Shown one piece after another: positions 36,487 to 46,189 of a stretch of DNA of 53,475 nucleotides. A program made the position numbers and the translations under genes. Positions within the stretch are counted from its first letter, which is position 1; the number at the start of each line of letters is the position of its first letter. The notes beneath the pieces were generated by a model, which was not told the DNA's origin, made no database searches, and saw only the letters and a list, made by a program, of their open reading frames with translations. Origin of the DNA: a virus (lineage: Duplodnaviria; Caudoviricetes); IMG/VR virus record IMGVR_UViG_3300045801_000004, positions 1 to 53,475 of that record, one strand, 5' to 3'.

Positions 36487-39400
36487 GTGGGAGGAAAAAC
36501 CGCGCAATCGACGCAGCAGGTGCAAATTCCGCCACAGGTCCTTGCCCAATACGCCGCCGTCAATTCGGCAGCAACGCAAACCGCGCAAACCCCGTTCCAA
36601 ACCTACGGCGGATCGGGCACGTCGGTCGCGCCCGACTATTCCACGGGCAACACCGGCAGCTTCGTCGCGCCGATCAACAACCAGCAGCAGACCGGCATCA
36701 CGGCGACCAACACGGCCGCCAACGAAGCGCAGCCCTACTATGGCGCGGCGACCAGTACGCTAGGCGACGCGCAGGCAGGCACGACCGCGACCAATCAGGC
36801 GGCATTGGGACTCGCGGGCGCATCGGCTGAGCAGGTCAATGCCGATCCGTTGACGGGCGCGCAGATTAACCAGTACATGTCGCCGTACTTGCAAGATGTC
36901 GTCGGTTCCGAATCCGCGCTGCTCAATCAGAACAATCAGCAGCAGCAGGCCGGACAATTGGGCACGGCAATTCAAAGCGGCGCATTCGGTGGCGACCGCA
37001 CGGGACTTGCGGCGGCGAATCTTGAGCAGCAGCAAAATCTTGCCAACGCTAACATCTATTCTGGATTGCTAAACACGGGCTACAACAACGCGCTATCGAC
37101 GGCGCAGCAGCAGCAGGGCGTGAATCTCTCCGCGCAACAAGCGAACCGCGCTGCGCTCGGTAGCGCTGGCAGCGAATTGGCATCCATCGGATCAACGCAA
37201 TACGGGGAGGGCGCCAATACCGCGTCCGAACTCGCATCGCTTGGCAGCGGCGCGCAAACCGCCGGATTGCAAGGCGCGAACGCGCAATTGTCGGCGGGCA
37301 CCGTCGAGCAGCAGACGCAGCAAGCGCAAGACACGGCGCAATACAATCAGTTCTTGCAGCAACAGTCGTATCCGTTTCAGGTCGATCAGTTCTTGGCGAA
37401 CATCGCGGAGGGCACTGGCGCGTTGTCCGGTTCTACAACGACCACCACGCAACCTGGCGGTTTCTTCTCCGACAAGCGACTGAAACACGACATCAAGCGC
37501 ATCGGCAAACTGTACGACGGCCAAGAAATCTACTCCTACAAGATGCACGGCGATCCGCGCACGCACATCGGTTTGATCGCGCAGAAAGTCGAGAAGAAAC
37601 ACCCCGATGCGGTCGGTTTGGCGTCTGGCTACAAGACCGTCGATTACGGCAAAGCGACTGACGAGGCCGCGAACCGTGGCAAGTTCTACGCGGGCGGATT
37701 GATCCCGTTCCGTCAAGCGAAGGCTGGCGGCGGCCCGTCGATTGTCAGCCCCGGTGACATGCAAGCGATTTTGGAAGCGCAGTCGAAAATGTACGCGCCG
37801 GAATCAGGCGGCGCAGGAGTGTACGGCGGCGCACCCGGCGCAGGAGTGTACGGCGGCGCGGGGCGCGTGCCAGCGGCGAATTTGGCGACACCGCATTTGG
37901 TGCAAGCGGAGGGCGGCGTGAGGCAGCCGCCGACGGGCATCCAGAACGTCTCCAACGTGATGGGCCTCGCCGGTAAAGGCAACGAACTGTATCGCGAAGT
38001 GAGCAAGCCGTCCGCGCGCAAGCCGGGGCTGGTTCCCGCGCACGACGAAGGCACCGATACGAACGCCTCCGAAACGCTCGTAGGACCGCCCCAAGCGGCG
38101 CGCGGTGGGCGGCAGGGTTTGGATACGGGCGGCTCGCCGGATGACTACGCGGCGCTGGTGAACGCGCAGGAAGGCATGTACGCGAACCAGCGCAAGCAGC
38201 AGCAGGGGCTGAACGTGCCGAATCAGGGCGGTTCGTCCCAATTGGCGGTTGCGCAAGGCTCGCCGACGCCGACCAGCAGCGGATCAAGCAATCTGTCGCA
38301 AACGATTGGTTTGGCGCAGAAGGGCTACAACCTATACAAGAAGGTCAACCCCAACCAGCCGCAAGCCGCGAACGCCGCAAACCAAGGCGTCGATACCAAC
38401 GCCACGGATACGTTGGTGGGTCCGCCGCAGCCCGCTGGATTGGCGGGCGCCGATACAAGCGCCGTAGACGCTTCCGCGCCAGCCGTTGAGAGCTCCGCAG
38501 CCGATGCCGCCGCCCCGGCAGCAACCGATGCGGCCACTGGCGCCGCCGCAGATGCCGCAGGAACGGCCGCAGCAGGGGCCGGGGCAGACGCAGCGGCAGG
38601 CGCCGCCGTCGGCGCAGCGGGCACGGCAGCGGCCGGCGCGGGCACCGATGCGGCGGTGACTCTGGCGGCTGAATACGCGCTGGCGGATGCCGCAGCGGCA
38701 GCGGTCGTTGCGGCAAAGCGCGGTGGCAAGATCAAGGGGTACGATACCGGCGGCACGCCGTATTCCGACCCGAATTCGGGTGCGCCTTACTCCGACAGCG
38801 GCATGGACATCCCCGACACGCAGAACACGCGCAAGTTGCAGACGGCGGGACCGTTGCAGAAGATCCCGACCGGCCTGCAAGACGTGACTGCCATGTCGAA
38901 CCCAGATTCCTGGGGCAGCACGGCGGCGTCCGTATTCAGCAACGAAGCGGCGAAGCGCGGCGGCTTGATTCGCGCGAAATTTGCCGATGGCGGCTCGCCG
39001 GACGATGCGGACCCGGATGTGACGCCGCCGCAGTCGGGTGGCCTCAAGGGCTGGTGGGAATCGAACAAGGGCTACGTACTGCCCGCGCTGTCCGGCATCG
39101 CAGCGATGGGCACGGCGCCAACCAAGCATCTGGGCGTCGCGTTAGCGTCAGGACTCGGTGCGGCGGCGAATTCCTACGTGCCGACGCAGCAGGGGATCGC
39201 GGATACGCAGAATACGCAGGCGGAGACGCGGGCGCGGCAGATCGCGAATACGGTGGCGGCGGCGAAGGCGGGGTTGCAAACCGATGCGATTGGCATGGCG
39301 CGAAGGTCACTGCAACAATCGCAACAACCGAGTGAAGCAAGCGCGCCCGCGACGGTGGCGCCGCAAGACAATCCAGACACGGCGGCGTTGTCGGCGCAAA

Positions 39401-40776
39401 AGATTGATCAGTATTTTCGCAATAAGTACGCAACGCAGCCTTATGTTGGCAATGAAGCGGATCGAATTGGGTCATTGACCGAAGCGGATAAGGCGTTGGG
39501 CACTCATTACGCCGACGCAGCGGAAAAAGAACGCCAGATCCGTATTCAGAAGCAACAGTTCACGAACCAGATGAGCGCGCAGAACGAATTTGACGATGCG
39601 TATTCTAAGGCCACTGACAAGTCGTTGCCCGAACAGCAGCAGACTGCGGCACTCATCAAGTTGAACGCGCTCCGTCAATGGACCGGCGACGAATACAAGG
39701 ACGGCATCAATCAGCGCACCGGTAAAGCGCAGATCGGTTCGCCGACGGAATTGCTGTCGCCGCAGCAGAAGTCGGAAAAATACATGGCGGCGCTTAAGGA
39801 AGCGAACTCGCCGATGGTCACAGGCGCAGGTTTGCCGCAAGCGACTTATACACAAGTACCTGACCCGACGACCGGTAAGCCATTCAAAAGCCCAGAAGCC
39901 TACGCCGCGCATTTGACCGGATTGCCGCCGCCGGATGCGAGCGACACCGGATCGCAGGGACCGCCCGCGCCGCAAGGTGCGCGGCTTTCGGCAACGACGC
40001 AAGCGCCAATGACGACCACGCCGACGACGGCGACTGCCAAAGCAACGTCTACAAAGCTCCTGCCGGGAGTGGACCTTGACGCGATCCCGAAATTGCCGCC
40101 GCTTCCGGCCGCCACGGATCAATCGACATTGGCCGCGCGTACCGATCAGGCGCAGACGAACGTCAAGATGACAAACGAAGCGTTGGCGCCGCTGAAATCC
40201 CAAGTGGAACAAGCCGCGCGCAACAACGCAATTTATTCGCAGTTGGAAAAGAAACTGACTGAAGCCGATCCGAACGAATTTGGCCCCCGGTCTAAGGCTT
40301 ATAAGGCGTTGGCGGAATTAAGAACCACGGTTTTCGGCACGCCGCCGGATGGCCTTGTCAATATGGAAGAAGTCAATAAGTTCTTAATGCAGCTAGGCGT
40401 CGGCGGCTCTAAGCAATTACTAGGTTCCGATCAAGCCGTGCGCCAGCAAGAATTGTTGATGTTGATGGAGCACGCCAATCCCAACATTGACCAGCCGCTG
40501 GCAGTCGCGAAGGCTTTGGTCGCGTATGGTAAAGCTGGCAACAGCTACGATTTGCAAGCGGGCAATACCGCGATTGAGGCAATTCGCAGAGGCGCAGATC
40601 CTTCCAAGGTTCCCGGCGCCATTGAAGATCAAATGCCTCGAGCAAATTACATTGAGAACGCGCTAGGCCAGACTTTGCGACCGCCTGCGCGGCCGGGGCA
40701 GCAATCCAGCGGAGTAACGAAAGTGATTGGCGGCAAAACTTACACGCAACGCGACGGTAAATGGTATGCCGAATGA
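36487..40776 (+). CDS. Large ejection/DNA-pilot protein with internal peptidase S74 autocleavage domain
   Basis: Gln-rich N-terminus (YMSPY.Q.V, GAFGG.R); SDKRLKHDI..IG...G.IAQ.VE...PDAV....GYKTVDY from Ser328; xxGG-delimited segments. Confidence 0.82.
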   Translation: MGGKTAQSTQQVQIPPQVLAQYAAVNSAATQTAQTPFQTYGGSGTSVAPDYSTGNTGSFVAPINNQQQTGITATNTAANEAQPYYGAATSTLGDAQAGTTATNQAALGLAGASAEQVNADPLTGAQINQYMSPYLQDVVGSESALLNQNNQQQQAGQLGTAIQSGAFGGDRTGLAAANLEQQQNLANANIYSGLLNTGYNNALSTAQQQQGVNLSAQQANRAALGSAGSELASIGSTQYGEGANTASELASLGSGAQTAGLQGANAQLSAGTVEQQTQQAQDTAQYNQFLQQQSYPFQVDQFLANIAEGTGALSGSTTTTTQPGGFFSDKRLKHDIKRIGKLYDGQEIYSYKMHGDPRTHIGLIAQKVEKKHPDAVGLASGYKTVDYGKATDEAANRGKFYAGGLIPFRQAKAGGGPSIVSPGDMQAILEAQSKMYAPESGGAGVYGGAPGAGVYGGAGRVPAANLATPHLVQAEGGVRQPPTGIQNVSNVMGLAGKGNELYREVSKPSARKPGLVPAHDEGTDTNASETLVGPPQAARGGRQGLDTGGSPDDYAALVNAQEGMYANQRKQQQGLNVPNQGGSSQLAVAQGSPTPTSSGSSNLSQTIGLAQKGYNLYKKVNPNQPQAANAANQGVDTNATDTLVGPPQPAGLAGADTSAVDASAPAVESSAADAAAPAATDAATGAAADAAGTAAAGAGADAAAGAAVGAAGTAAAGAGTDAAVTLAAEYALADAAAAAVVAAKRGGKIKGYDTGGTPYSDPNSGAPYSDSGMDIPDTQNTRKLQTAGPLQKIPTGLQDVTAMSNPDSWGSTAASVFSNEAAKRGGLIRAKFADGGSPDDADPDVTPPQSGGLKGWWESNKGYVLPALSGIAAMGTAPTKHLGVALASGLGAAANSYVPTQQGIADTQNTQAETRARQIANTVAAAKAGLQTDAIGMARRSLQQSQQPSEASAPATVAPQDNPDTAALSAQKIDQYFRNKYATQPYVGNEADRIGSLTEADKALGTHYADAAEKERQIRIQKQQFTNQMSAQNEFDDAYSKATDKSLPEQQQTAALIKLNALRQWTGDEYKDGINQRTGKAQIGSPTELLSPQQKSEKYMAALKEANSPMVTGAGLPQATYTQVPDPTTGKPFKSPEAYAAHLTGLPPPDASDTGSQGPPAPQGARLSATTQAPMTTTPTTATAKATSTKLLPGVDLDAIPKLPPLPAATDQSTLAARTDQAQTNVKMTNEALAPLKSQVEQAARNNAIYSQLEKKLTEADPNEFGPRSKAYKALAELRTTVFGTPPDGLVNMEEVNKFLMQLGVGGSKQLLGSDQAVRQQELLMLMEHANPNIDQPLAVAKALVAYGKAGNSYDLQAGNTAIEAIRRGADPSKVPGAIEDQMPRANYIENALGQTLRPPARPGQQSSGVTKVIGGKTYTQRDGKWYAE
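37809..37859 (+). repeat. Exact 24-bp direct repeat, 27-nt period
   Basis: CGGCGCAGGAGTGTACGGCGGCGC at 37809 and 37836 (GAGVYGGA twice). Confidence 0.85.
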
Positions 40777-42592
40777 GATAACCGATCCGTCGTTGCTTGC
40801 GCAGTTGAACGCGACCGATACCAGCGGCCCGAAAGAAGTGACAGACCCGCATATATTGGCTCAATTGAACGGTGCTGATGCGCCCGCGCACGATCCCACA
40901 GAAGGAATGTCAACTGGCGAAAAGTTTACCGCTGGCGTTGGCAAATCCATGGTTGATACGGGGCGAGGGATTTACCAGTTAGGCGCATCACTCGGTCACG
41001 CTATGGGCATCGTACCTGATGAAAAAATGCGCCAGATTCAAAAGGACGCCGACGATTCCAAATCCCTTGATGAACCATTGATGCATACCGGCGCTGGCAT
41101 GGCAGGGGATATTGCAGGCGGCGCCGCGCAGATCGCAGCAGTTCCAGAAATGCTCCCTGCCAAATTTGCGTCGGCATATCCGAAATTGAGCGCGCTCGCT
41201 AACGCTGCGGGGAGCGGTGCAATATTTAGCGGCGCGCAGCCTGTTTCCTCGGACGAAAGCCGGGGAACTAATGCGGCACTCGGGGCCGCTGGTGGCGCAG
41301 GCGGCGAATTGTTCGGAAAGGCATTGAGCTTTATCGCGCAACCACTCAAAAGCGCTTTGAGCGATGCCGGTAAAAAAGCCGTTGATGCGCTTCAAAATGC
41401 CGGTGTCCCTTTAGATCTTGCGCAGCAAACCGGCAGTCGCGTAGCGCAAACATTGAAAAACATTATTGCTGATAATCCGCTTATTGGCGCGTCGGCATTC
41501 CCCGAAGAACAAGGAAAAGCGTTTAACCGCGCAGTGTTGAAAACGATGGGAATTCATGATCCTGCCGTGACGGCAGCAGACGACGCTACGCTAAATAACG
41601 GTCGTCAAGCGATCAAAGGCGTTATGAACGACGTGGCAGATCGCAATCCGATTCAATATGACGACCACTTAGAGTCGGAATTGGCGCGCATTGAAAAAGA
41701 AGCGCCCACCACGTTGACGGCAGACGACATGGGTCCTTTCAAAGCAAATTTGAACAATATTGTGGAATCTGCGGCGAACAATAACGGCGTTATTCCCGGT
41801 AGGGTTTATCAAAAATTGCAATCGAATATTGGAGCGCTTTCTAAGAATCCAAAATACGCGCCGGTTATGCATGAAGTGGGAGAAGCGCTTGATGATGCTT
41901 TGCAAAGATCAGCGGGATCAGACGATCAATCCGCATTAGCCACGGCTCGCAAACAATATCGCGCGATGAAACAAATCGAAGGCGCAGTAGATCCGGCGAC
42001 TGGCGATATTAGCCCTGCAAAATTACTCACACAGATCAATACGAAGTCAAACCGCAATCAATCGCTTTACGGTCAAGGCGATCAAACGCTAGTCAATTTA
42101 GCGAAGGCAGGAAAAAATGTTCTGGCGCCTAATAATCCTAATTCAGGTACTGCCCGCCGCTTGGCTGGGATGGCTGCTATGGGGGCAGTTGCTGGGGGTG
42201 GTGATGAGATCCTTCACGGCGACCCCAAAGAAGCCGCAAAGGTAGCAATTGCTGGCGCTGGGTTACCTTTGATTGGGCGTCAATTGGTCGAAAATCCGAA
42301 AGTAGTTAAAGCCGTCACTGGATGGAACAATTCTCCGGCGATTAAAGGTTTAACTGACACAGTAACAAACGCAGCAGCGGCCGGCGTACCAGCCGCAATC
42401 AACGCGAACCGAGACGGCGATTTGATTGAACGCGCATCCGGCGGCAAAGTCGATATCGACTCCTTGGTGGATCGATTGGTAAGTAGCTGGAAAAAAGCGA
42501 AAAAAGCAACCGATCAGACCACAAAACCCCTGCTGAACGTGCCGGACTCAGTTATAGTCAAGGCTCTTGACATTGCGCAGGAGCACCTGTAA
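40766..42592 (+). CDS. Ejection/internal virion protein
   Basis: N-terminal E(I/V)TDP..LAQLN twice, Gly/Ala hydrophobic segments, PNSGTA.RL, C-terminal RASGGKV. Confidence 0.8.
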   Translation: MPNEITDPSLLAQLNATDTSGPKEVTDPHILAQLNGADAPAHDPTEGMSTGEKFTAGVGKSMVDTGRGIYQLGASLGHAMGIVPDEKMRQIQKDADDSKSLDEPLMHTGAGMAGDIAGGAAQIAAVPEMLPAKFASAYPKLSALANAAGSGAIFSGAQPVSSDESRGTNAALGAAGGAGGELFGKALSFIAQPLKSALSDAGKKAVDALQNAGVPLDLAQQTGSRVAQTLKNIIADNPLIGASAFPEEQGKAFNRAVLKTMGIHDPAVTAADDATLNNGRQAIKGVMNDVADRNPIQYDDHLESELARIEKEAPTTLTADDMGPFKANLNNIVESAANNNGVIPGRVYQKLQSNIGALSKNPKYAPVMHEVGEALDDALQRSAGSDDQSALATARKQYRAMKQIEGAVDPATGDISPAKLLTQINTKSNRNQSLYGQGDQTLVNLAKAGKNVLAPNNPNSGTARRLAGMAAMGAVAGGGDEILHGDPKEAAKVAIAGAGLPLIGRQLVENPKVVKAVTGWNNSPAIKGLTDTVTNAAAAGVPAAINANRDGDLIERASGGKVDIDSLVDRLVSSWKKAKKATDQTTKPLLNVPDSVIVKALDIAQEHL

Positions 42593-43230
42593 TGGCCTCA
42601 ACTTTTACTCCGAATAAATCCATAGAACGCCCCGCCGCCGGCGACTACAACAGCACATGGGCGACGCCAGTCAACAACGACTGGACGATCATCGACACGG
42701 CGCTGGGCGGCACGACGGGCATCAGCGTGACGAGCGTCGCGGCAGGTACGTATGCTCTCAACTTGGCGCAGTACCAGCCGCCGAATATTGAGTTCTACGG
42801 CACGTTGTCGGGCAATCTCGTCTACACGATTCCCGGCGGCGTTGGCGGACTATGGAGCATCGCCAATTCGGCGACCGGCGCGTACAGCATCACGTTCGCG
42901 CTTGCGAGTGGCGGCAATACAATTTCGGTGATTTCAGGACAACGCGCGTATGTGTTGAGCGACGGGTCCAACATTGAGTACGCCGACACGCAATATGCGA
43001 ACAACGCAGCGGCCACAGCGCAAGCAAACGCCGAAACCTACGCCGCGACTCAGGCAGGCACCGCACAGAGCAATGCTGAGAATTTCAGCAAGAACGGATC
43101 AAACATCAGCAGCGGCACTGTCGGCGCGGCGTATTTGCCGCTGATCGGCAAACTCGGCGGCGTGACGATTGCGGCCGATCCTGGAACCGCTCCGAGTGGC
43201 GTGTACGGCGATATTTATTTTTATTATTGA
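42592..43230 (+). CDS. Tail fibre proximal protein
   Basis: MASTFT.NK..E.PA.GD...TW..PVN.DW..ID.ALGG. Confidence 0.75.
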   Translation: MASTFTPNKSIERPAAGDYNSTWATPVNNDWTIIDTALGGTTGISVTSVAAGTYALNLAQYQPPNIEFYGTLSGNLVYTIPGGVGGLWSIANSATGAYSITFALASGGNTISVISGQRAYVLSDGSNIEYADTQYANNAAATAQANAETYAATQAGTAQSNAENFSKNGSNISSGTVGAAYLPLIGKLGGVTIAADPGTAPSGVYGDIYFYY

Positions 43231-43233
43231 ACC

Positions 43234-43938
43234 ATGAGCAATTTGTACGTCGTTGATTCCACCGGCACTACGCGCGCACCAACCAAGGTGTACGTCGTGG
43301 ATGCGGGCGGCGTCTCGCGCTACGTGCAAAAAATCTGGGCGGTCGATAGCACCAACACGACGCGGCTCGTGTTCAATGCGTTCACGTCGGCGCTCTACAC
43401 GTTCACGGCGCAGGGCGCGGCGGTTGTGACGATTCCGAGCGGGGCATTGCAAGTCGTGATTGAAGGATGGGGTAGCGGAGCCTACGGCGGCACTGGCTAC
43501 GGTGGCTCTTGCACGGGATTCGGCGGCGGCGGCGGCGGTGCGGGCGGCTACTTTCGTAAAACTTACACGCTGTCATCCGCGAATTGGAGTAAAAATTTCA
43601 ACGTAAGTTCAACCATTGCAGGAGTCGGTAGCGTAACAGTCTCATCCGGCACATTCAGTCTGTCAACGCTCACGGCGAACTTGGGCGCGAACGGTTCGCC
43701 TGCCAACATATCGCACGGCGGTGCTGGCGGCGCAGGTGGCACAGCGTCGGGCGGCGACGTCAATACGACTGGTGGTGCCGGAACCGCTGGATCGGGATCA
43801 TCTACTTCTGGCACCGGCGGAACGGCTGTGACGGGCATTCATGGAGGACCGTACGGTAAAGGCGCACAAGGCGCGGCATATGGTGGCCGTCCGCTTATTG
43901 CGCCTCAAGCGGGCGGCGTCGTGGTGTATTTCACATGA
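43234..43938 (+). CDS. Glycine-rich tail fibre/adhesin
   Basis: WGSGAYGG...GGGGGGAGGY, GGAGGAGGTASGGD.N. Confidence 0.75.
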   Translation: MSNLYVVDSTGTTRAPTKVYVVDAGGVSRYVQKIWAVDSTNTTRLVFNAFTSALYTFTAQGAAVVTIPSGALQVVIEGWGSGAYGGTGYGGSCTGFGGGGGGAGGYFRKTYTLSSANWSKNFNVSSTIAGVGSVTVSSGTFSLSTLTANLGANGSPANISHGGAGGAGGTASGGDVNTTGGAGTAGSGSSTSGTGGTAVTGIHGGPYGKGAQGAAYGGRPLIAPQAGGVVVYFT

Positions 43939-44258
43939 TCTACTGGGACTACACGAATTACGACGGCCAGTTCGGCACGCGCTATGCGTTTGAATGCGTG
44001 GGCGAAAAAATCCCGTTCCACGATCACGATCCGGGTGAAGGACACACGATCCGATGCCTGCGCGGATCGGTGAAATACAAAACCTATGATGTTGAGGTCG
44101 AATTGACGCCTGACGATGGCGAGTTCTTTTTCATGGGCGAGATTACCCACAGCATCACGGCCACGGCCGATCACACGATTATTTTCAACCGAATGGAATC
44201 GCCACCCCCGAACGCGGACGAGCTGTTGGGCACGGGCGACGTAGTACCGCTGCCATGA
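43935..44258 (+). CDS. Cupin-fold protein
   Basis: PFHDH....H.I....G...H.I.A metal motif. Confidence 0.7.
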   Translation: MIYWDYTNYDGQFGTRYAFECVGEKIPFHDHDPGEGHTIRCLRGSVKYKTYDVEVELTPDDGEFFFMGEITHSITATADHTIIFNRMESPPPNADELLGTGDVVPLP

Positions 44259-44530
44259 AACGCAAAGGACCCGCCGTGACTGACAGTATCAAGCGCCAAG
44301 AGATCACTAGCTTACAGGTCGAAAGCGCGACCACCAAAGCGAACCTTACGAACCTCGCAACGGACGTGGCGAACCTCACCATGGCGCTGAAAGCCAATAC
44401 CGAGATGGTCGCTGCGCTGAAACAAACCATCGACCAGAGTCGCGGCGCGCTCTATGTGATCGGCGGCGTCTCAGGCGTCGTCGGGGCGCTCGCGTCGTGG
44501 TTTGCGGAATCGACATGGGGTAAGCACTGA
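44255..44530 (+). CDS. Coiled-coil protein with C-terminal TM helix (holin/antiholin-like)
   Basis: Heptads followed by RGALYVIGGVSGVVGALASW; directly upstream of the endolysin. Confidence 0.6.
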   Translation: MKRKGPAVTDSIKRQEITSLQVESATTKANLTNLATDVANLTMALKANTEMVAALKQTIDQSRGALYVIGGVSGVVGALASWFAESTWGKH

Positions 44531-44976
44531 TGGCCTCCAATTGGATGACCGCGAACGATGCCGCTATCTGGCTACCGGCGCTCAATGCCGCCGAAGTCCA
44601 GTACGGCATTCCGCAAAATCTACTGGCGCGGATCGCGTTCGAGGAATCGTCGTTCCTGCCGGAGATTATCAACGGCACGGAACGCTCATCGGCGAACTGC
44701 GTTGGGATCATGCAATTGAATCCCGTCTATTACCCGAACGCCGGTCAGTCGCCGGACAACGATATTGAAACCGCCGCCAAATTATTGTCATCGTTGTATG
44801 CGAGATTTGGTGATTGGCAAGTTGCCATCGCAGCGTACAACTGGGGCGGCGGCAATGTCCATCATGAATATGTCGCCGCAGCGGACACGTATGTATTGCA
44901 AGACATGCCGCTTGAAACGCAGCGATACGTGAAGGCGGTTGTGTTTGATGTTCCTGTACCCGGAGCGCTTGTATGA
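44530..44976 (+). CDS. Lytic transglycosylase (SLT) endolysin
   Basis: EESSF catalytic Glu, GIMQL, AIAAYNWG.G, ETQRYV. Confidence 0.92.
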   Translation: MASNWMTANDAAIWLPALNAAEVQYGIPQNLLARIAFEESSFLPEIINGTERSSANCVGIMQLNPVYYPNAGQSPDNDIETAAKLLSSLYARFGDWQVAIAAYNWGGGNVHHEYVAAADTYVLQDMPLETQRYVKAVVFDVPVPGALV

Positions 44977-45287
44977 ATGACAAAGAAGTTTTTGCCGCGC
45001 AGACCCAACGGCATTTGACCTATCTGCTGGTCTACGCACTGATCGTATTGATCGGCGCGCTCATCATCGGCGCGTTTTTGCCGTTCCAAGTCAACGACAA
45101 GATTTTGGCGCTTGCCAATCCGTTGATTACGGGAATTTATGGCTTGGCATCGGGCGCGACGGGATTCTGGATTGCTAAGCAAAGATATCAAACGAACGAT
45201 CCCGATACGACCACAACGACGACCATTTCTAATTCATCGACGGCATCTGCCGCCCCTTTAGTCAAACCACCGGAGAATACCCCTTGA
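44973..45287 (+). CDS. Putative holin (two TM helices)
   Basis: Two hydrophobic segments; ATGA overlap with the endolysin. Confidence 0.65.
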   Translation: MNDKEVFAAQTQRHLTYLLVYALIVLIGALIIGAFLPFQVNDKILALANPLITGIYGLASGATGFWIAKQRYQTNDPDTTTTTTISNSSTASAAPLVKPPENTP

Positions 45288-45550
45288 GTACACCCAATCC
45301 GCTTCTAGTCGCCGCTGCCCCGTCGCTTGAGAACGTGCTGACGGCATTGCAGACTTTCCTAGCCAATCTCGGCACGGACCCCGCGCTGATCGCAGCAAAG
45401 CTCCCCGGCGCGTTGCAAGTTCTGATCGGCACCATTGAATTACAAGGCCCGGTATTGGCCTCGTCTGAAATTGGTTCGGCGGTGTCATTGGTCAATACCA
45501 AGATTGAGTCTTGGATTGCGTCTTTGAAAGCATTAACTCCGGCGAGCTAA
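45284..45550 (+). CDS. Hypothetical helical protein in the lysis cassette
   Basis: TTG start with GGAG SD; amphipathic. Confidence 0.6.
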   Translation: MSTPNPLLVAAAPSLENVLTALQTFLANLGTDPALIAAKLPGALQVLIGTIELQGPVLASSEIGSAVSLVNTKIESWIASLKALTPAS

Positions 45551-46029
45551 TGCCTCAATTAAAGGCACAATTTGTTTTAGGCAAAGGCTTATCAAGCTGG
45601 GCCATTTCATGGTTCGGCGGCGGCGGATACAGCCATGTCGATTTCGTGCTGCCTGACGGCACCCTCTTGGGCGCACGATCCGACAAGATAGGCGGCAAAC
45701 CGCCTGGCGTGCAGATCCGGCCGCCGAACTATGACACATGGCGGCGACGCACGGTGGTCGCCAAAGAAGTCTCTGCGGTCACGCTAGACCGTTGCATGGG
45801 CTTGGCGTATTCCCAAATTGGCAAGCCTTACGATAAAACCGCCATTTGGGGATTCGCGGCGGGGCGCGACTGGCGCGCGGACGATTCGTGGTTTTGTTCG
45901 GAACTCGTCACATGGATCTTTGAGACGGCAGAAGTGTTCCCGTCGCTCATCATTCCGGCCAATAAGATATTTCCCGGCGAATCGCTCGCCATCTGCAACG
46001 CGGCTGGGTTCAATGTCGTCGCCTCCTGA
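45550..46029 (+). CDS. Permuted papain-like NlpC/P60 (YiiX/YaeF-like) cysteine hydrolase
   Basis: YSHV (His) precedes GKPYD and WFCSEL (Cys). Confidence 0.85.
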   Translation: MPQLKAQFVLGKGLSSWAISWFGGGGYSHVDFVLPDGTLLGARSDKIGGKPPGVQIRPPNYDTWRRRTVVAKEVSAVTLDRCMGLAYSQIGKPYDKTAIWGFAAGRDWRADDSWFCSELVTWIFETAEVFPSLIIPANKIFPGESLAICNAAGFNVVAS

Positions 46030-46189
46030 CAAGGTGGCAAAGGAGATCGCAGACTGTTTTTTGAAGCCGTCGAATCCGCTGCGCATTACGGGAAGTTTAG
46101 ACATTGACCAAGGGCACATTGACGGCGGCGAAATCGATATAGAGTTTGGAAACACCGATAGCGGTCCTGACGATCCATTTACCGAATGA
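46013..46189 (+). CDS. Small acidic hypothetical protein
   Basis: Fills the gap; ATGA overlap with the next gene. Confidence 0.4.
   Translation: MSSPPDKVAKEIADCFLKPSNPLRITGSLDIDQGHIDGGEIDIEFGNTDSGPDDPFTE

Noticed and set aside
35740-36600. 286-aa minus-strand ORF
   Set aside because: Antisense shadow of the Lys-rich endonuclease; no motifs.
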